Shown: positions 25,301 through 38,003 of the stretch, one piece after another
How the letters are laid out: the number at the start of each line of letters is the position of its first letter
Position numbering within the stretch: position 1 is the first letter of the stretch
Source: Hypanus sabinus
Taxonomy: Eukaryota
Direction of reading: 5' to 3'
Assembly: GCF_030144855.1 (NCBI RefSeq)
Contig: NC_082730.1
Coordinates: 14,508,001 to 14,572,000, forward strand
Length of the DNA stretch: 64,000 bases
Translations under genes and position numbers: made by a program
The notes under the pieces: model-generated
The model's input: the letters and a program-made list of their open reading frames with translations, nothing else
The model's database searches: none
Told to the model about the DNA's origin: nothing

Positions 25301-26177
25301 GTTTTACCTGTTGATTGATCAGATCAGTCTTAACCAATCTCCATATTGACTGTCCCAGAGTCACGAATGGCTCTGTTTTTACTGATGCTTATAAGTCAAT
25401 TTTACCCATATGTCAGAAAACATGACTGATATCACTCAGTATGGTGTCCATACCTCCATGGTTTTGTAATGAAATGCATCAACTGCACATAGAACTGAGA
25501 AGAAAGAGTAATTCTGAAAAGTGGAAAGGAAGAAAACTAGTTCTGTTATGTGTAGGAACAGAGAAAATGGAGAAGTACAGCACAGTACAGGCCCTTTGGC
25601 ACACAATATTGTGCCACTGTATACTCCATGATCAATCCAATCCTTCCATCGTACATAGCCCATAATACTCTGTTTTTTTGTACTTGCATGTGTATGTCTG
25701 TCTGAGAGCCTCTTTGATGTCCGTTTTGCATCAGCCTCTACTACCGTGCCTGCATGGTATTCCAGGGACACCCCACTCACTGTGTAAAAAACAACTACCT
25801 CTTACACTTCCCCTAAATGTACCTCCACTCACCTTAAATCGATGTCCTCTGGGCTTGGTCACTGCCACCATGAGGAAGAGGTGTTGGTGTCCACTCAACC
25901 TATGCCTTATGCTGGACAATACTGATTGAAATGGAGTTTCATAGAGCTGTAACATTACCTTGTGGTTCGTGAACTCAATCCCTTCGACGACTGAAGTTCA
26001 GCACAACATTCATGTTGCTTAACATCCTTTCAACTTGAGCAGCAACTTTGGGAAATCTACGGACTTGAACCCCAATAAACCTCTGTATATCTACATTGCT
26101 AATAATGCTGTCATTCAGCTTGTAATCTTTAAATTCAATCATCCAAAGTGCATCACTTCACATATTTCAGTGTTAAG

Positions 26178-26832
26178 CCCAGCAGCGTCTCTACTTTTTG
26201 CGAAGGCTGGGGAAAGTTTATCTCCCACCCCCATCCTCATCACATTCTACAGGGGTTGCATTGAGAGCATCCTCAGCAGCTGCATCACTGCCTGGTTCAG
26301 AAATTGCACCATCCCGGATGGCAAGACCCTGCAGCGGATAGTGAGGTCAGCTGAGATCAGAGGGTCTCTCTTCCCTCCATCACGGACATTTACACTACAC
26401 ACTGCATCCGCAAAGGAAACAACATTATGAAGGACCCCATGCACCCCTCATACAATCTCTTCTCCCTCCTGCCATCTGGGAAAAGGCTTCAAAGCATTCG
26501 GGCTCTGAATGACCAGACCATGTAACAGTTTCTTCCCCCAAACGATCAGACTCCTCAATACCAGAAGCCTGGACTGACACCTTGCCCTACTGTCCTGTTT
26601 ATTATTTATTGTAATACCTGCACTGTTTTTGTGCACTTTATGCAGTCCAGTGTAGGTCTGTAGTCTAGTGTAGCTTTCTCTGTGTTGTTTTTTTTTAATT
26701 ACGTAGTTCAATCTAGTTTTTTATACTGTGTCATGTAAACCATGGTCCTGAAAAATGTTGTCTCATTTTTACTATGCACTGTACCAGCAGTTATGGTCGA
26801 AATGACAATAAAAGTTGACTTGACTTGACTTG
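26178..26832 (+). mobile_element. Rex1/Babar-type LINE 3' end, little diverged
   Basis: FYRGCIESILSSCITAWF ORF end, then AATAAA and a (TTGAC)n tail. Confidence 0.75.
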
Positions 26833-27779
26833 AAACTCCACCTACTACTTCTCCATCCATCACTGCATCCTGTCTCTATCCTGGGAATGAACTGTACAGA
26901 ATTCACTCTTACACATCACTCTTCTGACCAGATCTGCTTTCTAAACTGACCCTCTACCACTTTATTCCAGATCTGAGGAGGAGTCCCTGCCCTGAAACTG
27001 AGTTCAGTGATAATTTGCAGCATGAAACATCTATGCATATTCCTTTCCATAGATACTGCCTGATCTGCTGAGTCCTCCAACATTTGTGAGTGTTCCATCA
27101 GCATATAGGTGGAAGATAGGAAATCTGTCTGAATGGTTTCACAGCTCGCTCCCACACGACATCAGCAAAACCAAACAGCTGATTATTGACCGCAGGAGGA
27201 GTTATCCAGAGGTCATCAGGGCAATTATAAAGCAATCATGAGATTTTTTTTAAATCAAGAGTTTCTAAAATTACCTTTCTTTGAGAAAAAGTTTGTGTGT
27301 ATCCACCTAGATTTTTAAACATCTAGGTGCAATATGAAAATGAAAAATATTTAAAATGAGCTACCTCTTCATGTCGAAGTTTGTACATTTATTGAATATG
27401 CTGTCCGAGAGAATGGTTGAGACATGCACAACAGCAACATTTAAGTGACACTTGGACAGCTCCCTGGATAGGGAAGGTTCAGTGGGATATGGGCCAAATG
27501 CAGGTGAATGTGTCTAGCTTAAATCAGCATCTCTCTCAGCATGATGGAGTTGGGATGAAGGGCTTATTTCTGTGCTGCACTGTACTCCACTCTATTGTTC
27601 TCCAGTTACAGTCAGCACTGAGAAAAGTATCTCCAATGATTTGTAGATTCACCCACCTGTGACTTGACCATTGCACCTCACAACAAGATACAACTCACTC
27701 ATTTTGGTAGTGCAATTACTTGAGTCAATTTACATGTTCTCCAAAGGGGTTATCTATTGGTGGGTCCTCATGTGTCGGT

Positions 27780-28330
27780 AGAGGCTGATCCAGGAGTCAC
27801 AAATTCTGGTGTAATGTGGGCAGGACTAAGTGGTGGGTGTGGTTAGTTGTTGGGTCTTGGCTCAGTCTCTCCTTTCACACCTGCAGCTTGTTCTCCGCGA
27901 CACAGTGGAGGTTTACACTCATATAATGCATTTCCCTCTTAAAAAGATTTCCTCTAAGTGAATCTGTTAAGTGCATTGTCTTCCCAGTTTTTAGATATAA
28001 TCTTGAATTTCTTCAGGCTGATTTTAACATTATCTTTAAAGCTAACTTTCCTTCAACTGGGAGTAAAGGATCAATCTGCCTGGGGAGAAGTTTAGGCATC
28101 TCAATAACGTGACCTATCCATCGGAGTTGGTGTTGCTTTATCGTGGTGGAGATGCTGCTTGTGTTGGCTCCTCCAGTATGCTGGTGTTAGTGTGTCTGTC
28201 CATCCCGCTGATCCTCAGGATCTGTTATCAGGTCCTTTGGTGGCATTGTTCCAGGATTTTCAGGTGTCTACTCCATACAGTAGTATAGGAAGTACAAAGG
28301 TTTTGCTTAGACCTGTAGGTCACGTTTTTA
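27780..28330 (-). mobile_element. RTE-type LINE 3' fragment
   Basis: Minus strand resembles the ILYG..TW and RW.GHV..M C-terminal RTE motifs. Confidence 0.55.
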
Positions 28331-29189
28331 ACACCATAACACCATAAGACATAGGAGCAGAATTTGGCCTTTCAGCCCATCTAGTCTGCTCTGCAATTCT
28401 CTCATGGCTCATCCCCGATACTTGTCAACCGCATATACCTGCTTTCTCACCATGTCCTTTGATGCTCCGACCGATCAGGAAACAATCAAAGTCCACCTTA
28501 AATATACCTATTGACTTGGACTTCACCATGTTCTATTGCAGAACATTCCACAGATTCGCTAGTCTCAAAGGGAAGTCGATGCAAGCAGTGGTGAGCTGCG
28601 GTGGAGGTGTAAGCAAGGCCAGGTTGTGGCAAGTGGTGTCAGGATCGAAGCAGATTGAGTCAAGGCAGGTTCGTGACATCCCTAAGAGAGGGGAAAATCT
28701 CATTGTCTGATTGTTTTAAGCACGAGGCTGAATTGGAAAGTTTGCGCAGGGAATGAGTCATGGTGGTGAGGTTCAGACCCTCGAGTGGTCCATGAGTGAG
28801 AGACGACCTGATGTTTGGATCATTTAAGCACTGGGCCAGATTGAAGAGGTCAGGGTGTTGGGACCGGAAGCAAGGCGAGGACTGGACTGCAGTGCCAGCT
28901 GCAGTGATGCCTAGATTTGTGATTGTGATCTTGTAACATTTACTCAGCTTAGGGATGAACTGTGGAAGTTGCCTGCTCCAGCTGCATTGATGTCGGGCTC
29001 TTTGTCATTGATGAGCCTTTGGTTCTGAATGCTAATTGTTTGAATTTTTTGATTCTAAAGTATGTTCTGTGCTTTGGCTGTTTGATGGGTTTTTTTTTGG
29101 TATGTTCTTTTGAGATTTGTTTATACTGTCGCCGCCTGTAAGGTGACGAATCTCAACGTAGTATACTTGCTTAGATAATAAATGTACTT

Positions 29190-30095
29190 TATTACATTAA
29201 ACTTTGTACATGATCACTATTAGAGTATGCCTGAGCTCTGGGGGTAATTGTTCTTTTTCACAGACCTTCAGGAGCAGGGCATACATGTTGTCCAGGAGGG
29301 CTGGTCCCCTTTCTTTGAAGATTTCTACTGGGATCCTATCAAGATGAATGGCTTCATTACTGTTCAGGTTTCTGATGACATCATGCACCTCTTTCATATT
29401 GGAAATCCACCACGTCTTCTATCACAGCTCCCTGGAGGATTTTCTTTGTAATTTCTGGTTCAGCAGTGCTGTCATGGTTAAGAAGTTCTTGGAAGTGCTC
29501 TCTGATTGTTCATTGACATCCTGCTGATACTTTAGCAATTTCTTTCCCTCCTTTGAGTGCAGGAGTTTTAATCTGCAGTAACATGGTCTGTAGACTTCTT
29601 TGATGGCAATGAAGACATTTCTCATGTCATTAGAGACTGACAATCACTGGATTTCCAGATCTTTCTCAGTCCACCAAGAATCTTTTCACTCCCTCACCTC
29701 ATGCTGGACATTTGCTTTGGCTCTGGAGTAAGCTTCTCCTTTATCCTTGCTGCTGATATCATTCTGCTCTGCATGAAAGGCGTTCCTTTTATTGGAGATA
29801 AGCTGTTCTATCTCTATGTCGCTACCAACCACACAAACCAGATATCTTCTGGACTTTTACCAAAGGATGTTTTTGCAGATATTGAGGATGGTGGATTTAA
29901 GCAGACACCAGAGTACTTTGATATCCTCTGGATATTCCTGTCAGGGGTTTTCCATAAACGAGGCCTGACAGTGCTGTTGCATGGCAGTATGAAGCAGGCC
30001 CTAGAGATTTAGACTTGGCCTGGTCTATTTCTTATGAACACTAGTCTATTTTCATGAGTCTGAACGACATCAGAATTTTTCATGTGTCTGACACT
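29190..30095 (-). mobile_element. RTE-type LINE ORF fragment
   Basis: EVHDVIRNL...DRIPVEIFK.RG..LL...LP.ELR..LIV.MYK, the pre-RT region. Confidence 0.7.
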
Positions 30096-30099
30096 GGTT

Positions 30100-31350
30100 A
30101 TTGTAGGAAAGGCAGATGAGCCCAGGGCATGGATCAACACCTGGAATTATGATTATGATATTCTAGCCATTAGTGAGACTTAGTTTCAGGGAGGTAGGAC
30201 TGGCACTCGATAATCTGGAGTTCCTTTGTTATAGACCCTTCAGAGTAGAAGGGATTAAAGGTGTGGTGTTACTTGTCAAGGAAAATGTCACAGCAGTCCT
30301 AACAAGGTCCTAACAAGAGACGGTGCGATACTTGATCTGCTATAAGTGAATGATGTCGGTCAGGGGACAAAAGGTTTTGTAGAGGATCACTTTGCATCTG
30401 GTGATAATACTGCCATTAGTTTCAGTGTAAATATGCAAGATAGGTCTGGTATGCAGGTTGAGTTTCTAACTCTGTTGCAAGGAATGAGGTGAACCCAAAC
30501 GCAGGACACAGGCACAGAGATTAAGTTAAGATGAAGATGAGGGCATGAGCATTGAACGGCAAACTGGAGGGTGTGCAGGAAAGCAGAAGGCAGGTAGAAC
30601 TCTCTTGACATGTAGAAAGGAAAGCGGCAGTAAAAAACCTTTCTTAGCACGGAGAGATGGAGTTACACAGTTAAACCTCAGTGTTGAAGTAAAACTTAGA
30701 ATACTTACCTTGAGTCGGTGGGAGGCCTTCAAAAATGAAATTTTGAGAGTAAAAAGCTTGTATGTGACTATTGGAATAAATGGAGTAGATAACAGGTATT
30801 GGTTTTCAAGAGATATTGAGGCGCTGGTTAAGAAAAAGAATGAATTTGCTGAGCAGGTAGGAAATATAAGGAATGAAAGTGAATACTTACGAAAGAAATC
30901 AGAAGGGCTAAATAAAGGTACGTAGTTAACTTAGCCGACAAGGTGAAGGAGAATCTTAAGAGATTCTACAGATGTGATAAGAACAAAAGGATTGCAAGGG
31001 ACAAAATTGGTCCTCTGGAAAATCAGAATGATAACCCATGCATGGAGCCAGATGAATGGGGGGATCTTAGATGCAGTTTTCATCTCAGTATTTACTCACA
31101 AGACAGACACAAGGCTTATAACATTCATGCAAAATGGCATCGACTTCTTCAACTCTATAAAGATTACAGAGGAGGAGGTGTTTGCTGACTTGAGGGAAGA
31201 TAGGGAGGACAAATCCCCAGGGTCTGAGAAGGTGTTTCATCGAACCCTGCAGGAGACAAATGCTGAAATTGCTGGGGCCCTAGCAAAAATAATTAAGTCA
31301 TCCTTAATGACAGGTGGGGTCCCAGAGGATTGGAGAATAGCCAATGTTGT
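30100..31350 (+). mobile_element. Decayed CR1 ORF2 fragment
   Basis: KENLKRFY...RIARDKIGPL, and DKSPG...GVPEDWRIANVV. Confidence 0.75.
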
Positions 31351-31369
31351 TACGATGTTTCTTTCCTCT

Positions 31370-32295
31370 CTTTTCTGTAAGTGTATACCTCAGATATACC
31401 ACAGTGGTGGGGCTCATCAGCAAAAATGATGAAACAATGTACAGGAAGGAGGTCAAACACCTAGAGAGCTGGTGCGGTGACAACAACTCAATGCTTAATG
31501 TCACCAAAATCAAGGAGATGATCGTTGATTTCAGACGGTCTCAGCCTGAGCACAAACCCCTCAGCATCAGCGGCTCCACAGTGGAGAGAGTGCAAAACAT
31601 CAAGTTCCTTGGGGTGCAGATCTCGGACAATCTCACCTGGTCCAGGAACACCACTGGGATTGTGAAATGAGCCCAGCAGAGATTGCACTTTCCAAGGAAA
31701 CTTAAACAAGCATTACTCCCCACTAACATCTTAACCACATTCTACAGAGGCGTGGTTGAGAGTGTGCTGACCTTTTGCATCACAACCTGGTACATCAGCT
31801 GCAGTGCTGCTGACAAAAAGCCTTGCAGAGGGTGATTAGGGGAACAGAGAAGTTTACTGGGGTCTTCCTACCTTCTGTCCAAGACCTCTTTCAGAATCAA
31901 TGCCTCCAGAAGACAAGGTACATCTCTAAAGACCCCTCACACCCTCTCCATGAACTGTTTGTTCTTCTGCCATTGGGTAAACCTTACAGGAGCATCAAAA
32001 CTAAAACCACAAGGCTTCTAAACAGCTTCCTCCCACAGGCAGTCAGACTGCTAAATAGCTGCTCTGCCTGACTCCACTTTGGACACTTTTAACTTGCACT
32101 GGACACTTATAACTTGTTTTTAACTGACATGTGGCTGTTGTGTTTTACTATTTATTGTTGTGTTTACTATTTATTGTTGTGTTTGTTATGTTATGATTGC
32201 ACTGCTCCTGGGAAACGCTGTCTCATTCTGCCCTGCAGAGCTGATGTACGGTTAGAATGGCAATAACGTTTTTGAAAGTTTTGCATCTTGAATCT
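31370..32295 (+). mobile_element. Rex1/Babar-type LINE RT and 3' end
   Basis: TTVVGLISKNDETMYRKEV..L..WC..NN..LNV.K.KEMIVDFR, with an (aatcttg) tail. Confidence 0.8.
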
Positions 32296-32379
32296 TGAAT
32301 ATATGACTATATGATATCTAAGTACAATATCTGAAATACATCTCATGGAAATGTTTGTTTGATGATGAACTTTAATAAA

Positions 32380-33555
32380 AAATAAATTGCAAAAAAAGGC
32401 TCTAAAAGTAATCCAAGAAACTATACTATAGGTCAATGCTCCTGTCATTAATAGTGGGAAAGTAATTAGAAGGTATTCTAAAGGGCCGGAAATACGAGTA
32501 TTTGGATAAGCATGTACTGATTAGGGATAGTCAGCATGCCTTCATGCATGGTTAGTCATGTCTACCCAATATTATAGAGTTTAGCTAGGAAGTTACCAGG
32601 AAAGTTGATGAAGGCAAAACTGTTGATGTGGCCTACATGGACTTTAGCAAAGCATTTGACAAGGTCCCACATGGGAAGTTCACCAAGAAGATTAATTTGA
32701 TCAGCATTCAAGATGAAGTAGTAAATTGGATTGGTCCTTGGCTTTCTGCAAGAAGCCAGAGAGTGGTAGTAGATGGTTACATCTCTGTGTGAAGGTCTGT
32801 GACTAGTGGAGTGGCACAGGCATCAGTGCTGGGTCATTGATGTTTGTCATTTATATCAAAATCTGGATGACAGTGTGGTTACCTGGATCAGCAAATCCGC
32901 AGATGACACTGAGAATGGGAGCATAGTGGACATCTCTGAAGACGATCATGGCTTGCAGAAGGTTGTGAACCAAATGGAGAAAAAGGCTGGAAAATGGCAG
33001 GTGGAATTTAATGCAGACAAGTGGGAGGTTTTGCACTTCAGTAGGACCAACCAGGGTAGGTCTGACACAGTGAATGGTAGCGCATTAAGGAGTGCTGTAG
33101 AACTAAAGAATCTGGGAGTAAAGGTCAATAATTCATTGAAATTGGCGTCACAGGTGATAGGGTCATAAGAAAACTTACAGCACATTGGCCATGATGGAGG
33201 TATACAAGATGTTGAGTGGTAAAGATAGGGTAAATGCAAGCAGACTTTTTCCGCTGAGGTTGGGTGGGGCTATAACTAGATGTCATGAGATAAGGGTGAA
33301 AGGTGAAAGGTTTAAGGTTAACATTAGTGAAACTTGTTCAATCAGTGGGTCGTGATGGTATGGTATGGAATGAACTGCACAGCAAGTGTGCATACAAGCT
33401 TAATTTCCACATTTATGAAAAGTTTTGATAAGTTCATGGATACTTGGGATATGGACGGTGATGGTGCTGGTGCAAGTAGTTGGGAGTAGGCAATTTAAAT
33501 ACATTGGCATAGGCTAGATGGGCTGAAGGGACTCTTTATGTGCTGGACTTTTCTA
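32380..33555 (+). mobile_element. CR1 RT to 3' end
   Basis: YMDFSKAFDKVPH-like and SKSADDT motifs. Confidence 0.75.
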
Positions 33556-34191
33556 TGACTATGCCATGGAGGACAGGTCTGCCTACAATCTGTCCAGCTG
33601 TCATATTTGCCAATCATGACCTTTGTCATATACACATCATGGCAGTCCCTAGCTCGGCCAATGACATAATAAGTGAGATACCACTGTTTAGATCAGGCAT
33701 GATGCCAAGATGCCTTCACTGTGTAATAATATTCATAAATACATAAGGAAAATGTTTGCCAATCTGAAATGAAATCTGCCGATGATGGAAATACTCAACA
33801 GGTCAGCAGCAACTATAAGGAAAACAACAAAGCTAAATTCATTTGAATAATTCAGGTCAACATGTTTCAATAAAATCATTATATTGAGATATCTTGATCT
33901 GAAGATTATTTGGTTCACTCTCCAGAAAATTTCCAGCCATTGACACCTTCAGGAGGATCTAGGACCCTGAATTAATGAGTGAAGTCATATTCTATACAGA
34001 ATGAATGGATGCAGTTTTTATTGAAAACAGAATTTTATGAAGAAGCATTTTCATTAATATGCTTATAATTGTTTATTGAATTAACCAACAGTGAAAATAG
34101 TAATTTGAATCTAACCGAACAGATTTTAACATGAAAAGGATCTATTGCTTTCCTGACAAATATGACAAATAAACTTTTTTTGGGCTTCAAG

Positions 34192-34327
34192 CAGGTACAG
34201 GCATCAATTATAACTGACTTTTCAATAACAAACTCTGCCATCTTCTTCAGCGATGATGAGGAAGATCCCTGAAGAAGATGGCAGAGTTTGTCATCAAAAT
34301 GTTGGTTATAATTGATACCTGTACTTG
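34192..34327. repeat. 59-bp inverted repeat with 18-nt spacer (Penelope-type terminal sequence)
   Basis: Arms 34192-34250 and 34269-34327 match at 51 of 59 positions. The inner 23 bp are perfect. Confidence 0.9.
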
Positions 34328-35642
34328 GATGGAACCCCGAGAAGAGATGTTAACGTGGTAAAAGAATTCTGAGCAGTTCATCATCATAAAAAGGTTAAAC
34401 ATTGATACTGGGTTTCTGCCGGAAATCTGAAAAAATGTCATAACATTAAGATCAGTGTGGGTGAAGTGTTGCAAGTGGATTTCAATTAAGCAAAGCCAGT
34501 ATCTTGAAGCATGACAAAATTATTTTGTTTGATTTCAGCTTCATTAAGTCAATGTTTTAATGACTGAAGATTAATTCTGCATAGAAGTTCCACAAAGCTT
34601 GAAAACTGACATTTAATCTTGCTGGAAAACTCTCCTACAGTCGGTGTAATCTGCGAACATTCACTTTATCTCATGGACTAGGCTGTGAGGATCTGATTGA
34701 TCAAGTCTCTGTAGAAACAAATGTGAAATTATCAGATTGATTGACACTGGGAACTATGCAATACTGTATGATGCTGTGTGCCTGCAATGTTGCACTCAGG
34801 TGATGTGTATGCAACAGCTTGTGCTTTGGAAATAAAGTGGACATTGACTTTGATTTACATTTCATGCGGACACCTCGCAACAGAGTTCTGAGTGAAGTAC
34901 AGTGTCCAATATATTTTCTTGTTGAATACTGGACTTCATTCTTCACATGCACAGTGTGTGAAAACCTACTTACAGTATATCATCTTCATGCAACTTTGGT
35001 TTGACAAAAGGTTAAAAGTTCGACATGAATGTTTTTTTTTCTTTAAATGATAGTCATATTTGAATGAATTTAGTGTGAAGGAGGATGAAGTAACTCAATA
35101 GATATGTACAAGATGATAAGAGGCAAAAAATTGAATGCACATTTTCCAAGAGCAGAAATGTTTAACACAAGGGGGCATAATTCAAGGTGATTGGAGAAGT
35201 GCATTGAGGGAATGTCAGAGGCAAGTTTTTTTTAACACAGAGAGCTGCAAATGTATGGTACCTACTACCAGGGTTGGTTCTGGAGGCAGATACATTAGCT
35301 ATATTTAAGAAACTCTTACAAAGATGCATGGCTCACAGAAAAGTTGAAGGCTATATAGGAGAGAAGGGTTAGATTGATGCCAGAGTTTGTTAAGAGGTCA
35401 GCACAACATGGTCTGTCAAAGGGCATGCACTGTGCTGTAATGTTCAATGTTTTATGTTCCAAAGCATGGAAACCATCGGGAGGATCTACTGACCTAGACT
35501 TACCGTTTTGTCTCTCGCGAACCATGTGACAGCGATAGTCCAGATGCCCAGCAGAGCAAAGAACAGCTAGCGTCCCACTTCCCATATCATGTAACTGAAC
35601 AAAGGGGAATAGATAGAGAATCAGTGGCAGGAGAGGAGACAC

Positions 35643-35752
35643 CTTTGCATTTCAAATATTTCCCTCCTGGTTCCTCTGTGAAATGAGTGAAGTGGAGCAA
35701 TAAAAGCAGCAAGGCCAGGATAGTTCAGCTGGGAGATTAATCTCATGCTGGA
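35643..35752 (-). pseudogene. Candidate decayed transmembrane exon of copy 2
   Basis: Acceptor cttccctcccttag|, 110 nt, phase-2 start compatible with the stalk exon, phase-1 end. The frame contains TILALLLLLLHF but has three stops before it. Confidence 0.35.
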
Positions 35753-35914
35753 CTAAGGGAGGGAAGATAACCTATGATCATTATTTGGAAATGTAATTGC
35801 TGAAACACGACTGCAGATACTGTATGGTGTGACAGTACATAATGGAGATGAATTTAGCAATGGCAGGAAAGGAAATGATGAGGTTGGGTAACAACGAGTC
35901 TGGGGATTATCTAA

Positions 35915-36190
35915 TGTCATTGAAAAGGTCCCTAGTGGTTAACAAAATGATTTACAACAGTGAGCTGTAACATTGGGTTCAATTCCTGCCACTGTCTGTC
36001 AGGAGTTTGTACATTCCCCCTGTGACTGCATGGACTTCATCCAGGGGCTCCAGTTTCCTCCCACATTCCAAATACATATGGGTTAGGGTTAGTGTGCTAT
36101 TGGCATGCAATGTTGGCACTGGAAGTATGGCAACACTTGTGGGGTGCCCAGTAAAATTTTTGCTGACTTGATTTGATGCAAAATCATACG
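35915..36190 (+). mobile_element. tRNA-derived SINE (HE1-like); similar copies at about 36735-37015 (+), 38770-38960 (+), 60340-60610 (-) and 62030-62300 (-)
   Basis: gggttcaattcc B-box-like head followed by the shared core aggagtttgtac...ggtttcctcccaca.tccaaa. Confidence 0.65.
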
Positions 36191-37760
36191 TTTGTCAGGA
36201 AATGTAGAGGAGGCTTGACCAAAATCGATCAGCAGAGACAGTTTAGCAGTAAACAATACTTCACTGATAGACCACAAAATAACAAGTCATGACAGGCCAC
36301 AGAACAAGAAAGAACAGAAAATAAATGCAACAGGGTAAACTTTATGCATGGAGAGTGAACGCCAGTTGGTTTGATAGGTGAACGAGAACTGTGGATGATT
36401 ACTGGGGTTAAATAATGAGTCCAGAATGAAAGGCAGGTGAATTCTATTAGTCAGGCGGAGACTGGGAGGTTCCAGCATGTGCAGGCCTGATAGCATTTCA
36501 ACATATGTCTCATTGTGAGTGTGAAAAATATAATCAGTATTGCTGAAAGAGGACACAGATCTTCAGAAGTTCAACAATGAAACCTTATGGACAGGTGCTG
36601 TGTGAAAGCTGATAAATGATCAAGAATTAATTGAAGAAAGGAGTTGGGGATGAAATACACAGATAAATAAGGACAATTAAAAGAAGTCCAGAAAAGTAAT
36701 CAGCAAAGTGACTCAATAATCTCAGTATCCCTTGGGCACCATGGCAACATGGCAATTAGCATGACACTATTACAGCTTGGGGCATCAGAGTTCAATTTTA
36801 ATGTTTTTTGTAAGGAGTCTATATGTCCTCCTCATGGAATGCGTGGGTTTTGCATGGTGCTCCAGTCTCCTCACAGAATCCAGAAATATGTCTGTTAGTT
36901 GGTTAGTTGCTTATTGTAAATTATCCTGTGATTCGGTTAGGGTTAAACTGGGGGTTGCTAGGCAGTGTGTTTTGAAGGGCCAGAAGGGCCCATTCCATTT
37001 TGTATCTCAATAAATGGAATACATTAAATATACAGTGATAGGTATGGTAATGGAGGAATCAAAATCAACAATGCACACGGGGCTCACTCGTAACCCAATG
37101 GTTAAAGAGCCCATGAAGTGAATCTGAAAATTCGAGCATTTAGAACAGGGGTTCCAACTTGCTTGTTCAAACAGAGTGTAGGAGACAGCAAAGTGTGCAA
37201 ATACAAAAAAAAAGAAATAATAATAATTAAATAAGAAATAAATACTGAGAACATGAGATGAAGCATACTTGAAAGTGAGAATATTGGTTGTGGAAAAAGC
37301 CAAGGAAAAAAGGTGCTGGCTATTCATTCTGCTTATGATTCCTATCATCTTGTGCAACTCTATCAAGTCCCCTCTTATTCTCCTTCTGTCCAAAGCAAAG
37401 CTACATAGCTCACTCAGCCTATCCTCATAAAACATGTTGTCTATCCCAGGAAGCATCCTGGTAAATCACTTCTCAAGCTACTATGTCCTACGATAATGAG
37501 GTGACCAGAACTTAACACAATACTCCAACTGCTTTGCTTAAATTATTAAAAGTTTTGGATAAGAAGATTATCTTTGATCATGGGTTTGATACCTATACTA
37601 GAAAATCAGAAATAATCAGTTTCCAATACATGATTACATTGAAGTTAATCATGTCAAATGTGTTTAACACCAGTTAAAGAGAAACAAATTTCTCTCCCAA
37701 CTGGCTCTATTTGGAAGCAGTAGCAGTGAAACCACATGTAGAGAAAACCTTATACTTTAC

Positions 37761-37839
37761 ATTTTATCTGATGAAGATCCTTCCCTTTGTTCAGTTGTCA
37801 TTGATTCCATTACAGTATTTTCACAGAAATGAAATGGCC
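37761..37839 (-). CDS. Receptor copy 2, candidate stalk exon (R)PFHFCENTVMESMTTEQREGSSSDK
   Basis: Strong acceptor ttttattttcttttaacag|, donor |gtaaag. The phase-1 start matches the C2 donor, the peptide is Ser/Thr/Glu-rich, and the exon ends in phase 2. Confidence 0.65.
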
Positions 37840-37965
37840 CTGTTAAAAGAAAATAAAATTCAATTTCAAACAAGCGAAGATCTGCAGATGTTGGAGATCC
37901 AAGCAACACACACAAAATTCTGGAGGAAGTCAGCAGGCCAGGCAGCATCTATGGAAAAGAGTAAA

Positions 37966-38003
37966 CAGTCGACATTTTGGGTCCAGACCCTTCGTCAGGA
38001 CTG
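37966..38003 (-). ncRNA. Minimal type-I hammerhead-ribozyme-like motif, probably inactivated
   Basis: CAGTC-CTGACGA-AGGGTCTGGACCC-AAAATGTC-GACTG. Stems I and II are intact, but GAAACGTC is changed to AAAATGTC by two CpG-type transitions. Confidence 0.55.

Noticed and set aside
36287-36556. ORF with NTDYIF and ETYVEM tyrosine motifs behind a good acceptor
   Set aside because: It lies upstream of the candidate TM exon, has no donor or paralog support, and ends in T-rich low-complexity sequence.
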